Below, in pieces: positions 55,701 to 63,847 of a stretch of DNA of 64,000 bases. The stretch is taken from NCBI GenBank assembly GCA_964016885.1, contig OZ024741.1, positions 360,158,001 to 360,222,000 on the forward strand, in the 5' to 3' direction. The notes below the pieces were generated by a model. The model was not told the DNA's origin. It made no database searches and saw only the letters and a program-made list of their open reading frames with translations. The position numbers and the translations under genes were made by a program. Numbering within the stretch: position 1 is the first letter of the stretch; every line of letters begins with the position of its first letter. Source of the DNA: Eledone cirrhosa (lineage: Eukaryota).

Positions 55701-58700
55701 TTATATATGTGTGTGTGAATGCATTTCACTTTATATTTGGCAATTATGACATTTGAGTTTTGTATACGTAGAGACAGGAAAAAAGAGGGAGAAGGGGAGA
55801 AAGGGAAGGATACAGCAGGAGGGAGAGAGGAGGACATGGAAAGGTGGAGGAGGGAGATACAGATAGAGATAGAAAAAGAGAGATCCAAGTCTGTGTTTTT
55901 ATGACATTTGTGTAACCATTGATACAGTGTGTGTGTATGTTTGTAGTACATATGATATAATGAAAATATTGTGTACAGTGCTCAGGTGCACTACAACTCA
56001 TCAAAAGTGTATGTATAGTACATAGGGTAATGTACAAACGTCAGGAAAATGAACACTGCAGGAGTCATGATATACACATGTGTGCATGTGTATAGAAGGG
56101 GGACATCAGGTGTAGTTTTGGCGAATTTCGGGAAGCATGAGGGTTTTAAAGGATGCAGTGTCTCGGCAGCTAACAACTGATGCAGGTAGTTTGTTCCATG
56201 CTTCAGCAACTCTAAGCGTGAAATAAATGTTTGCGAAAGTCATGGGAGCTGTGCTGTTTTCTGACTTTGTAGGCATGTCCACGTGTGTTAAACACACGGA
56301 GATCAAAAAGGTGCTCAGGGTTGTTGTTGGCGAGATGGTTAATAACTTTGTGGATGTGTAGTGACCTACATTCCGTGGGCTCACATACATTCTCTGTGCG
56401 TGATTTGGCTCAGTTCAGCCAATCAGCGCCAGTAGAAGAGGATGTATCCCTACGCGCCCTGAGGAAGAAATTCCCCGCGAAGATTTGAAGAATCTCTCTC
56501 TTGTACCAGGAATTTCGAACCAGCAACACGCATAATGTAACGGGGAGATTTTGCACCCTAGCCTCGCCGGCTTTCCGGCGCAATGGCACATTCCCTTTTG
56601 TAACCTCTTTTTAAGTGTAACTTCAACCATATAAGTTAACAAACATTGTTTGTGCTACATCAAAAATAAACATACATTTCATCTCTAATTTCTGCTGTTG
56701 AAATCATTATTATGTTACTCGTGTCTCAATAACATCTATAATCCATGCTGCTGGAATTGGCGACCTGACGAAAGGAATATTGTAAATACAAAGATGGTAA
56801 ATAGATCGAGGGACCTTCCCTCACGTCTATGTCGACAAGACAATCCAACGAGGATACAATCACTTTGCCACACTAACGACCTTCAATCATCTACCCTGCT
56901 AAAGATGTTTACCAAGTCCATTGCCAGACGTCGGAGCTTCAATGAATCCATGCCCAGGGAAGCAAGGTGTTAATATATGTGAACTTATTTACACACAAGT
57001 TTATCTCTCTGTCTCCCTTTACATAAATTGACCCAAACAACATTTTTGTGTAATTCCCATCACAACATATATTTTAAAAGATTGTTTGCAGTTTGTACAC
57101 CTTCAGGCAAAAAACACAGTAAGTTGTGAAAAACGTTCATTTCCTTATTATCAGTGACATTCTCAGTCGAAGAGAGGTAGTCATGGTTCTGGGACAGCAT
57201 TCCTCACCATATGAAATGTCATCTGGTGTACCACAGGGATCTGTTCTTGGCCCCCTTTTGTTTGTGGCATATATTAATGACATAGATGCCAACTTAAAGA
57301 ATGCCACGGTACTAAATTACGCAGATGACATCAAGCTGTACCTTGAGATAAAAAGGACAGATCCTGAACACTATAGATCTTGCTTGCAGTCTGACCTGGA
57401 CACAATGCAGCAATGGATCTCAGACTGGCAACTCAAGCTAGCTGTGGACAAGTGCACCACCATGCATTTTGGGAGTAAAAACCCAGCGTCCACATACTCC
57501 CTCCACAGCACTAATATCAAGAAGTCTTCTTGTGAACGTCACCTGGGCATTACGGTCAGCAGCGATTTGCGTTGGACGAAGCACGTCTCTAAAATTGTCA
57601 AGAGGGCCGAGGGTGTCTTAGCATCACTCAGCAAGACCTTTGTCAGCCGCTCTCCAGATATCTATTTAAGGCTGTACATGGCTATGGTGCGGCCACACTT
57701 AGAATTTGCATCACCAGTCTGGAACCCCTATCTTGCTCAGAACATTGACCGCCTGGAAACTGTTCAGAGACGTGCAACCAAGCGAATACCCTCCATCAGG
57801 CATCTACCATACTCTGAGCGCCTTGCTTCCCTGGGCATGGATACATTGAAGCTCCGACGACTGGCAACTGACTTGGTAAACACCCACAAAATTGTTAACC
57901 ATCTTGCCAACAACAACAACCCTGAGTACCTTTTTGATTTCCATGTGTCTAACACACGTGGACATGCCCACAAAGTCAGAAAACAGCACAGTTCCCATGA
58001 CTTTCGGAAACATTTTTTCACGCTCAGAGTTGCTGAAGCATGGAACAAACTACCTGCATTAGTTGTTAGCTGTCGAGACACTGCATCCTTTAAGGCCTCC
58101 ATGCTTCCCGAGATCCGCCAACACTACAGCTAATGTTCCCCCTCCATACACATACACACATGTATACCATGACTCATACATTATTCACTTCCCTGACATT
58201 TGTGTATTATTCTATGTACTATACATACACCTTTGATGAGTTGTAGTGCACCTGAACACTTTACACAATAATTTCATTATTATTATTATTATAAACACAC
58301 ACACACGTGTGTGTGTGTGTGTGTGCGTGCATGTAAGAACAAACAAAATACTATACCTAATATTTCCCATCCGATCACCTGAAGCCAAGCATTGACCATC
58401 AGGGCTGATTTTAATAGATCGAATACCATTTTTTCCTTCTTTACCCTCAGACTTTTCAGCTCCTCCACCTTAAAAGAGAAGAAAAACTTTTCAGATTAAA
58501 TATTTCTAATGAAAGATAACATCTTTAATTTTCAAATAGGTTTGGAAACAATTAAGAATTTGGAAATTTAATAACATAACTTTCACATTATTAAGCTGGT
58601 ATTGAACAAGATCTTAAAGGTTCTTACATAAAATAATGATAGATGGTTTAAATTTAAAAGAAAGCTTTGTGTCATAGAATCAGTGGTGGTTTCAAGTAGT

Positions 58701-61700
58701 TTGGTATCAAAAGGGTTAATACAAAAAAAGCTAAAGTGTCAAGAACATGATATGTTATTTTAAAACTTGCTGATGGACTTTCAGTAGACAATTGTTACCA
58801 GCGCTTCCTATGAGTACTGGATAATTCTTTGGTAGCACAGTAGATACATATGGAATGACAGACAATGAATGTTCCAGTTGTTCAATCAATGAAACAGCCT
58901 ATACATGAAATTGAAGTGTAAGTGGCTGAGCATTCCACAGGCATGCGTACCTGTCACATAAATCTCAGGGAGATTCAGTGTGATAGTAGGTGATAAGGCT
59001 AACCATTTGAATTACAGGTACAGTCCATCCGACAGGCTTCCAAACAGTTTCTATCTACCAAATATCACTCCCAAGGCATTAATTGACTAGAAAGGTTATC
59101 AAGTCCTTGATATGACCAAAAAGTCCTCTTTATTTTATGCTGTTTTGGTGCATTCAACAAAATTGATGTTTTATAATGAAAAAATATTGATGTATCACAA
59201 CAAATAAACATTTGAAAATATGTGTTATGCTTTACATTGTGCTCAATTCAGGTTAGTTACTGGAATGTAGTATTGGTTGACTATCCCACAGTCAAATGTA
59301 CTCTTAACAGAATTCTCAAGCCGAATCAGCAGGACACAATATGTGACAAGGTAGACCCTTAAATTACACTATAATCCATTCATCAGGTTTACACAATTTC
59401 TATCTATCCAATTTCACTCCCAAGGTTTAGATCTGCAAGAAACTATGGTAAAGACTCTTGCCTTAAATGCCATGCAATGGGATAGAACCTGGGACCTCAT
59501 AATTACATTAACACATCTACAGGTACTCTGATACTGTATATCAATGTATGGTATGTTTATGAGCATATCTTGCTGAAAATACCAGTTTTCATCTGGAAAA
59601 AAAAAAAGCATTCAGTCCACTCTATAAGGTGGTTGGCATTAGGAAGCACATCAGAGTCATAGAAAACCAAGCCAAAAATCAGATTGTATGAGCAACAAAT
59701 GGTAACCTGACCTATCTGGTCGTCTAACCTATGCAAACATGGAAAACAGATGTTAAACAGTGATGATGATGATGATAAGCATATTGTTAACCTACAGTAA
59801 TTTTGTTAACTTCATCTGCTAAACGATGGTTCTAAAAATCTGTTCATTACTAAATGATTTTGTGTCTTCAATATTTACTGATAGTAACTGTCACCATCAC
59901 TACAACTAATTTTCCATGCTGGTATGAGTTGGGTGGGACTTTTTGAGGTGGGGTTTTACAGTTGGATGCCCTTTCTAACACCAATCCTTTTAGTCACTTC
60001 TTACAACATTCAGGGATATGATGCACCTATTCTAAAAACCAAGTCACATATGGATATGTTTCATGCCTGAAGCTAAGAGTTCATTCTAACTCTTCCCATT
60101 GCTTGTGTTTAGGTCAAACTGTGTGTATCTAGTTTAGAATAGTTACACTGTATTCCTGAAAGTTATATGAAGTGACTAAAAGAGTTGGCATCAAGAAGGG
60201 ATCTGACCACAAACCATTACCTCAAAAATGATCTATAATGGATACAAAACATGTCAAGTGGTCCACAAGGCTAACCCCTGCTTTAGCAAGAACGAAGGCC
60301 TTGTTCTTGTGGGTGTTTAGTTCAATCATCCCACTTCTCTTACTTTAACATTTAGTCTTCAAAACTCAACCATTACACAAAATATATCCGATATATAACC
60401 AATCTTTACAGTTTCTATGATATAAATTTATCCCATTTGGTAAAGCCAATTGGTGGGAACTTTCCAAAAAATTACAGAATATTTACCTGTGGTAGAATCA
60501 CCATCACAGAGATATGAAAAGTAAGGATCCGTGTAATGTGTCTTTAAAAGTTCCTGGAACATAAAATAGAAATATGTATAAACAAATAAATAATCGTTTT
60601 ACAAAGAAACATTAAATAAATTTGGATTTTTAAGGTAAATTAGCTTATTGTAAGCTGCTACAATGCAGGTTTGACTTAAATAGCTCAACAAATCGGGTAT
60701 CTAAACCCCAGAGTTACCTGTACTAACATGTACCATGTGTTGGATGGCTGCGTTATTACACAACATATGGTAGATGTGAGTTCAATTCCCACAGGAGACT
60801 ATCCACTTTGTTTTCCATCTCTAGAGGTTGATATGCTCAACTTGTTCGACTATTTTATAGTCACACCTGCGTTGCAGCAGCTTACATTAAGTTAACAGGC
60901 TTTAAAAATAGTAATAGCTATGTACACTTGTCTCTGAAATATGCAGTACATTTCTAAACAAATACTACAAGGATTTAAAAAAACAACATCTGGTACCTTT
61001 ATGGCAATAACTATTATTAGGGCAGTGGATTGGAATTTTCAGTAGGGCGTTGGACACCATGCTTTGCTGCAGAGTTACGGCCCTTTACATTATGAGTTCA
61101 AATCCTGCCAAAGTTAGCTTTACCTTTCATCTCTATGGAGTTGATAAAATAAAGTACCAGTAATGCACTGTGGTCAATTTAGTCGACTACTCCTTCCCTT
61201 CAAATTACTGGCCTTGTGCCAAATGTAGAAACAATTATTATTATTAGCAGTAGATGGGCAGTATCGATAGAGCATCTGGCACTGATTCATGGCCTAGAGT
61301 TATGGCCCTTTGCGTTGTGAGTTCAAAACCCGCCAAGGTTAGCTTTGCCTTTCATCCTTACAAGGTCGATTAAATAAAACACCAGTAATGCACTGGGATC
61401 GAATTAATTGACTTTCCCCTCCTCCAAATATTGTTGGCCTTGTGCCATTATTATTATTATTATTATCGGTAGAGGGTCGGACGCCATGCTTTCCAGCATA
61501 GTTACCTCCCTTTACGATCTGAGTTCAAATCCTGCCGAGGTTGACTTTGCCTTTCATCCTTACGGGGTCGATAAAATAAAGTACCAGTAATACACTGGGT
61601 AATTGCTGGCCTTGTGCCTAAAGTAGAAACAATTATTATTATTATTAGAGCGAACTATTTGTATACGAGTACAAATATACAGCTATGTGTATGTAAGTCT

Positions 61701-63847
61701 TATCTGGCATTATAGACAATAGTGCATGTGTGTGTAGATCTATATATCTAGATGTTAAATGATGATGATAATGGATGAATTAGCTACGGTTGGGCTCAAG
61801 TACTGGTCAACCAAAATGTATGTGTGTATATATGATACATAAAATAAGTCTACTACATGTATGAAGTCACCTAATCAGTAAATGTTTGTTGCTATTTATA
61901 TACCTATAAATCTACAACTCAACATTAATATATCATCATCATCATCGTTTAATGTCTATCCTCCATGCTTAGCATGGGTTAGACGGGAACTGTCCCACTT
62001 GAGGCAAGATTGATCGGGTGACCGTGTCTCGCTCGTATAGGACTGTATCTGGCAGGTTTTCTACGACTGATTGCCCTTCTTAACACCAACCACATTTACA
62101 GTGTGGACTGGGAGCCTTTTTACCGTTTCTCCTACACAACCACTTTACAGAGAAAGTGGTGGTGTTGGTGGGAGTGGGAGGATGGAGTAGAGGTGTGGGT
62201 TGGAGTGTAATTTAACTAGAAAACAAGTAATAGATATTTACATGACTGTATATGTTCCGTCTGTAAGGCCCCAATTCTGTAACATGCTGATTGATGTTCC
62301 AAACCCGTATAGTGTCATCATTAGAACAAGTGATAAAGGAACCAGGTGGAAGACATGAAGTATTTTTATTTTGCTCTGCAGATGGATATATCTGAACATA
62401 TAAAAAATATTATGACAAAATTAAAGAGAATAAAAATGTTTAAATATTAACAATAAAAACTGTTAAAACTTGTTTGAACATAATACATCTTAGAAGCATA
62501 GACATTATGAAGTGTCTTTACTTATAGCTATGAATTTAGAACTGCAAAAATTTTCATGCATGAATAATTATATTTAGCATGTCTTGTAAAAGAAATGTTT
62601 ACATTATGAAAAACAGTGAATATCTATTTTAAACAGGTCGTCATATTTCTCATTAAAGACAATGCCAATAAATTTGAAATCATTTTGAAAATAATCAAGA
62701 ATTTGAAGGGATTTAATATTACAACTTTATTATATTAAGCTGGTGTTTAGAATATAATTTAAAGGTTCATATGTAAAATTATGATAGGTTTTTAAATAAA
62801 TATAAATACTTTAAAACAAACAATTTTGTCTCATAGAACCATGGGCAGTTTCAGGATGGTAAGTAATAAAAGGGTTAAAAACCAAAATGGAAAATTTGAG
62901 GAATGTGGATTTTAGACACCTCCAAAATTTTTATGATGTTGAATCAGATGGATTGTCTACTGACACAGTGAAGTAAGGGTTAAATAAGTTAAGTAGACTG
63001 AAGCAAGCAGAGTTACATATCTTGCTCAGGGGCACAATGCAATCAACATAGAAAAACTTGAACTTATGAATGACTGTGGTTAATAGTAGTCCAACACCTT
63101 AACTTTTTTCATATCAAACTAGCTCAAAATTGCTTCTGGTTCTATGAAACAAAAAACAATCATTTTAAAGGATTTTTATTAAAATTATGTGGCAGAAGCA
63201 TAACCAAATGGTTAAGAAGGTCGCTTCACAACCATTAGGTCTTGGGTTCGATCCCACTGTGTGTCAACATGGGCAAGTATCATTTACAATAGCTTCTGGT
63301 CAATCCATGCCTTGAGTGAAATTAGGTAGATGAAAACTGGAAACCCATCAGATGGATTGTACTTGTAATTCAAAAAACTAGCCTTGTCACTCATTGTGTC
63401 AGGCTGAATCTCTGAGAATTGCATTAAGGGTACATGTGTCTGTGGAATGCTCAGCCACTTACATGTTAATTTCATGAGCTGGCTGTCCCATTGATCAAGC
63501 AACTGGAACACTCAGTGTCAAAACCAGCAGAAGCCCATTCCAATTAAATTAAAATCTTCCAACATAATTTGATATAAGAAACTTACGTTAAGTTATTGTT
63601 AGAAATACCATCTAAATAATGAAATCATAATTTTAGTAAATCCTTCCAAATTCTTCATTAATTAATTGAAATACAGTGAATTACATTGGAAAGATGGTCA
63701 CAGTTATTTTTATGGAAACTAGAATTTCCTTACCTCTAGATCCCAAATACAACCTGAGTGGTATAAGGAAGACCATATTTTACCAACTTTATAAATGTCA
63801 TGAACATCCCAGATATACAAACTGTGATCACTATAGACACAAGTTAT
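251..63847 (-). CDS. MAPKBP1: MAPKBP1/WDR62-family WD40-repeat protein gene (partial, multi-exon; both ends outside the window)
   Basis: Spliced translation gives motifs I recognise from MAPKBP1/WDR62: [155 protein letters not shown]. Exon phases chain correctly. Invertebrates generally have a single co-orthologue of MAPKBP1 and WDR62. Confidence 0.95.
790..1343. repeat. (TA)n/(CA)n microsatellite blocks at 790-920 and 1245-1343, representative of many in the window (e.g. (GA)n 15529-15591 and 39414-39453, (GAT)n-like 49427-49550)
   Basis: Direct inspection. Confidence 0.95.
1426..1525. repeat. 100-bp imperfect palindrome with no loop
   Basis: Perfect 28-bp core ACTGTTTCATTCAT|ATGAATGAAACAGT; the 50-bp arms carry about 7 mismatches. 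Confidence 0.88.
2906..2935 (-). other. Candidate 30-nt microexon ([10 protein letters not shown]), possibly a poison exon
   Basis: tatctttag acceptor, gtaagc donor, phase 1-1; its last base forms TGA with the next exon. Confidence 0.3.
4198..4285 (-). CDS. MAPKBP1: MAPKBP1/WDR62 exon: [29 protein letters not shown]
   Basis: gttctag acceptor, G|gtaagt donor, 88 nt, phase 0-1. Confidence 0.78.
6063..6164 (-). CDS. MAPKBP1: MAPKBP1/WDR62 exon: [34 protein letters not shown]
   Basis: ccctcactctttag acceptor, CGG|gtatgt donor, 102 nt, phase 0-0. Confidence 0.78.
6600..6960 (+). mobile_element. Degenerate RTE-like RT fragment
   Basis: ccgtgggaactcctgtatgctgatgacct translates as [10 protein letters not shown]. 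Confidence 0.65.
9366..9431 (-). CDS. MAPKBP1: MAPKBP1/WDR62 exon: [22 protein letters not shown]
   Basis: ttcttctttacag acceptor, gtaagt donor, 66 nt, phase 0-0; joins the next exon as NLEV-LGWK. Confidence 0.75.
9545..9747. mobile_element. Second TTAA MITE family (another copy at 38197-38399)
   Basis: TTAA-CTCTTAAC ... GTTAAGAG-TTAA termini about 200 bp apart. Confidence 0.6.
10459..10521 (-). CDS. Candidate cassette exon: [21 protein letters not shown] (alternative in-frame acceptor at 10536)
   Basis: ttgcag acceptor, CAG|gtttgt donor, 63 nt, phase 0-0, Ser/Gln-rich like neighbouring exons. Confidence 0.5.
11439..11487 (-). CDS. MAPKBP1: MAPKBP1/WDR62 small exon: [16 protein letters not shown]
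   Basis: tttccag acceptor, gtaagt donor, 49 nt; phase 2-0 is needed to restore the frame. Confidence 0.75.
12584..12753 (-). CDS. MAPKBP1: MAPKBP1/WDR62 exon: [10 protein letters not shown]...[19 protein letters not shown]
   Basis: Lies in ORF 12580..12858; ctttccag acceptor, gtaagt donor, 170 nt, phase 0-2; conserved NFESL and SISARFLSR motifs. Confidence 0.9.
15362..15438. mobile_element. Tc1/mariner-type mini-MITE (other copies at about 14610-14694 and 35682-35782)
   Basis: TIR CAGGGTGTCC(C)AAAAA / TTTTTGGGACACCCTG flanked by TA. Confidence 0.75.
16755..16802 (-). CDS. Candidate 48-nt cassette exon: [16 protein letters not shown]
   Basis: ttctcag acceptor, GTG|gtaagt donor, stop-free, phase 0-0 matching the flanking exons; no homology support. 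Confidence 0.35.
18871..19327. mobile_element. pogo/Tigger-like MITE
   Basis: TIRs taccaaatatgccggcatac / gtatgccggcatagacggta (17/20 match), TA ends, repeated ggggtcgac subterminal motifs. Confidence 0.7.
19947..20080 (-). CDS. MAPKBP1: MAPKBP1/WDR62 exon (acidic): [23 protein letters not shown]...WKTQGK
   Basis: Lies in ORF 19863..20123; attcag acceptor, AAG|gtatgt donor, 134 nt, phase 1-0. Confidence 0.82.
21024..22358. repeat. 35-bp minisatellite, about 37-38 copies
   Basis: Unit CACACTGACCTCACCAACTATTCATATATAAACAT, head to tail, with a few 43-bp variants; no unique spacers. Confidence 0.97.
22829..22908 (-). CDS. MAPKBP1: MAPKBP1/WDR62 exon: [26 protein letters not shown]
   Basis: ctttttctctgtcccatgcag acceptor, gtaagt donor, 80 nt; phase 2-1 exactly bridges the neighbouring exons. 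Confidence 0.78.
24220..25110 (-). mobile_element. Degenerate RTE-clade LINE (RT fragment)
   Basis: [43 protein letters not shown] (ORF 24523..24879); stops and frameshifts present. Confidence 0.8.
25600..25775 (-). CDS. MAPKBP1: MAPKBP1/WDR62 exon (acidic): KTIESKS...[18 protein letters not shown]
   Basis: tttgtag acceptor, AG|gtaaga donor, 176 nt, phase 0-2. Confidence 0.8.
26565..26956 (+). mobile_element. tRNA-derived SINE (family A) with (GAT)n tail
   Basis: A box TGGCTTAGTGG, B box GAGTTCAATTC; near-identical copy at 44750-45115. Confidence 0.85.
27149..27232 (-). CDS. MAPKBP1: MAPKBP1/WDR62 exon (acidic): [28 protein letters not shown]
   Basis: Long poly-T tract plus tttccag acceptor, CTG|gtaat donor, 84 nt, phase 0-0. 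Confidence 0.8.
29575..29965 (-). mobile_element. Degenerate RTE-LINE 3' fragment, same family as 24220-25110
   Basis: Shares ttctttccccgagacattctaaccacatg and flanking sequence with 24355-24520. Confidence 0.7.
31809..31913 (-). CDS. MAPKBP1: Probable (cassette) exon: [35 protein letters not shown]
   Basis: ttttgcacag acceptor after a pyrimidine tract, AGG|gtaagt donor, 105 nt, phase 0-0. Confidence 0.65.
32362..32790 (+). mobile_element. Restriction-like endonuclease (RLE) domain relic of a CRE-like non-LTR retrotransposon
   Basis: GC-rich island translating [27 protein letters not shown]...[14 protein letters not shown]...[12 protein letters not shown]...[14 protein letters not shown]; in-frame TAG at 32431. 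Confidence 0.8.
34805..35075. repeat. Degenerate tandem repeat of about 35-40 bp (about 7 units)
   Basis: Recurring acacagggatacagtgtacctattctaaactggatatac-like unit. Confidence 0.75.
36340..36770 (-). mobile_element. Degenerate RTE-like LINE fragment
   Basis: ORF 36510..36704: IEGPAMKV...[21 protein letters not shown], typical of the linker upstream of RTE RT. Confidence 0.7.
36962..37047 (-). CDS. MAPKBP1: MAPKBP1/WDR62 exon: [29 protein letters not shown]
   Basis: ttttgacag acceptor, CAG|gtgaga donor, 86 nt, phase 1-0. Confidence 0.75.
37788..37980 (+). mobile_element. tRNA-derived SINE (family B, Meta/MESC-like core) with (ATT)n tail
   Basis: B box GAGTTCAAATCC and core (g)ctttcatccttacagggtcgataaaataaagtaccag. 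Other copies at about 14307-14410, 20750-20960, 23933-24118, 33660-33842, 41406-41540 and 45460-45775 (minus), and 61020-61647 (plus). The core assignment is from memory. Confidence 0.8.
38498..38639 (-). CDS. MAPKBP1: MAPKBP1/WDR62 exon: TDNQG...[12 protein letters not shown]...EMK (GC donor)
   Basis: cttttag acceptor; conserved PRGRWAQ motif; AAG|gcgagt non-canonical donor, phase 0-1. Confidence 0.85.
39670..40900. repeat. 77-bp AT-rich minisatellite (about 3 + 2 copies) interrupted by CR1
   Basis: gtctatataaagactacaattatagac recurs at 39684, 39761 and 39838, and resumes after 40731. Confidence 0.9.
39900..40730 (+). mobile_element. CR1-clade LINE 3' fragment inserted in a 77-bp minisatellite
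   Basis: ORF 39935..40564 is nearly identical to the 57160 copy; probable TSD TATAC at 39895-39899 and 40731-40735. Confidence 0.9.
41715..41985 (-). CDS. MAPKBP1: MAPKBP1/WDR62 exon: THVNPVTP...[11 protein letters not shown]
   Basis: Lies in ORF 41559..41996; tttccag acceptor, AAG|gtatgt donor, 271 nt, phase 2-0; conserved LPxWAK motif. Confidence 0.9.
42655..42845. mobile_element. piggyBac-like TTAA MITE (other copies at 48691-48899 and about 4947-5140)
   Basis: TTAA on both sides, TIR CCCTT(C/T)AGCATTTA / TAAATGCTAAAGGG, shared internal sequence. Confidence 0.78.
43930..44046 (-). CDS. MAPKBP1: MAPKBP1/WDR62 exon (end of WD40 region): [23 protein letters not shown]...
   Basis: ttttcag acceptor, AG|gtaaat donor, 117 nt, phase 2-2. 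Confidence 0.92.
44750..45115 (+). mobile_element. tRNA-derived SINE (family A), second young copy
   Basis: High identity to 26565-26956 with one internal deletion; ends about 50 nt from an exon donor. Confidence 0.85.
45167..45418 (-). CDS. MAPKBP1: MAPKBP1/WDR62 exon (WD40): IYNIKSAK...[14 protein letters not shown]...LISVSGDG
   Basis: Lies in ORF 45163..45435; ttttcag acceptor, GG|gtaaga donor, 252 nt, phase 2-2. Confidence 0.95.
46283..46401 (-). CDS. MAPKBP1: MAPKBP1/WDR62 exon (WD40): [40 protein letters not shown]
   Basis: tactccag acceptor, AG|gtaaac donor, 119 nt, phase 0-2. Confidence 0.93.
47295..47491 (-). CDS. MAPKBP1: MAPKBP1/WDR62 exon (WD40): [18 protein letters not shown]...[15 protein letters not shown]
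   Basis: Lies in ORF 47262..47552; tttttag acceptor, gtgagt donor, 197 nt, phase 1-0. Confidence 0.95.
48920..49235 (+). mobile_element. RTE-LINE 3' fragment
   Basis: ORF 48923..49237: [16 protein letters not shown]...[12 protein letters not shown]; a similar decayed piece lies on the minus strand near 17040-17400. Confidence 0.72.
49306..49397 (-). CDS. MAPKBP1: MAPKBP1/WDR62 exon (WD40): [30 protein letters not shown]
   Basis: tttcag acceptor, CAG|gtaag donor, 92 nt, phase 2-1. Confidence 0.93.
49592..52480 (+). mobile_element. Non-autonomous LTR retrotransposon (Ty3/gypsy-like, TRIM/LARD-type), full length
   Basis: LTRs at 49592-49957 and 52113-52480 differ at only about 3 sites by eye. 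Termini are TGTAGCG...CGCTATA. 4-bp TSD GAAC at 49588-49591 and 52481-52484. PBS TGGTGACCCTGACGTGAT at 49959-49976; purine-rich GGCGGGAGGTTA before the 3' LTR; no gag/pol ORF. Confidence 0.92.
49959..49976 (+). promoter_or_regulatory. Primer-binding site complementary to the tRNA-Trp 3' end
   Basis: 17/18 match to the tRNA-Trp PBS TGGTGACCCCGACGTGAT (recalled from avian retroviruses), 1 nt after the 5' LTR. Confidence 0.85.
53490..55560 (+). mobile_element. CR1-clade LINE, 5'-truncated; ORF2 reverse transcriptase with one frameshift near 53951
   Basis: ORFs 53474..53956 and 53953..55398 carry [38 protein letters not shown] and RGH..K..RRHFF..WNKLP. 3' UTR stem-loop and (ATT)n tail present. 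The 5' boundary is approximate. Confidence 0.92.
55561..55680 (+). mobile_element. Short CR1 3'-end copy abutting the tail of the previous copy
   Basis: Repeats the 3' UTR ...gatgagttgtagtgcacctgagcactgtacacaataat. Confidence 0.8.
55958..56971 (-). mobile_element. Inverted 5'-truncated CR1 copy, split by a 547-bp insertion
   Basis: 55958-56356 and 56904-56971 are reverse complements of the CR1 3' end (ORF 56106..56390 ends [30 protein letters not shown]). Confidence 0.9.
56357..56903 (+). mobile_element. Solo-LTR-like insertion (547 bp) with 4-bp TSD
   Basis: GATG duplicated at 56353-56356 and 56904-56907. Starts TGTAG and ends CTAAA, one change from CTACA. AATAAA at 56665. Confidence 0.65.
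57160..58272 (+). mobile_element. CR1-clade LINE, 5'-truncated, open RT C-terminal frame
   Basis: ORF 57126..58133 with [14 protein letters not shown] and YADD; 3' UTR and (ATT)n tail. Confidence 0.92.
58357..58468 (-). CDS. MAPKBP1: MAPKBP1/WDR62 exon (WD40): [38 protein letters not shown]
   Basis: tttaag acceptor, AG|gtatag donor, 112 nt, phase 1-2. Confidence 0.92.
60487..60553 (-). CDS. MAPKBP1: MAPKBP1/WDR62 exon: [22 protein letters not shown]
   Basis: ttccag acceptor, CAG|gtaaat donor, 67 nt, phase 0-1. Confidence 0.88.
61020..61647 (+). mobile_element. Three head-to-tail family-B SINE copies
   Basis: Three successive B box + core + ggccttgtgcc + (ATT)n units. Confidence 0.85.
62242..62391 (-). 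CDS. MAPKBP1: MAPKBP1/WDR62 exon (WD40): IYPSAEQ...[19 protein letters not shown]...RRNIYSH
   Basis: ttcag acceptor, gtaaat donor, 150 nt, phase 0-0. Confidence 0.93.
63734..63847 (-). CDS. MAPKBP1: MAPKBP1/WDR62 exon (WD40): [38 protein letters not shown]
   Basis: ttttttatttcag acceptor, GAG|gtaagg donor, 114 nt, phase 0-0. Confidence 0.93.

Noticed and set aside
53953-58133. Clustered reverse transcriptase ORFs as a retron, DGR or domesticated RT gene
   Set aside because: Motifs, 3' UTR, ATT tails, 5' truncation and multiple copies identify ordinary CR1 LINE insertions.
63587-63611. 25-nt AG/GT-bounded microexon candidate
   Set aside because: It would break the frame between two phase-0 WD40 exons that already join into the conserved sequence.
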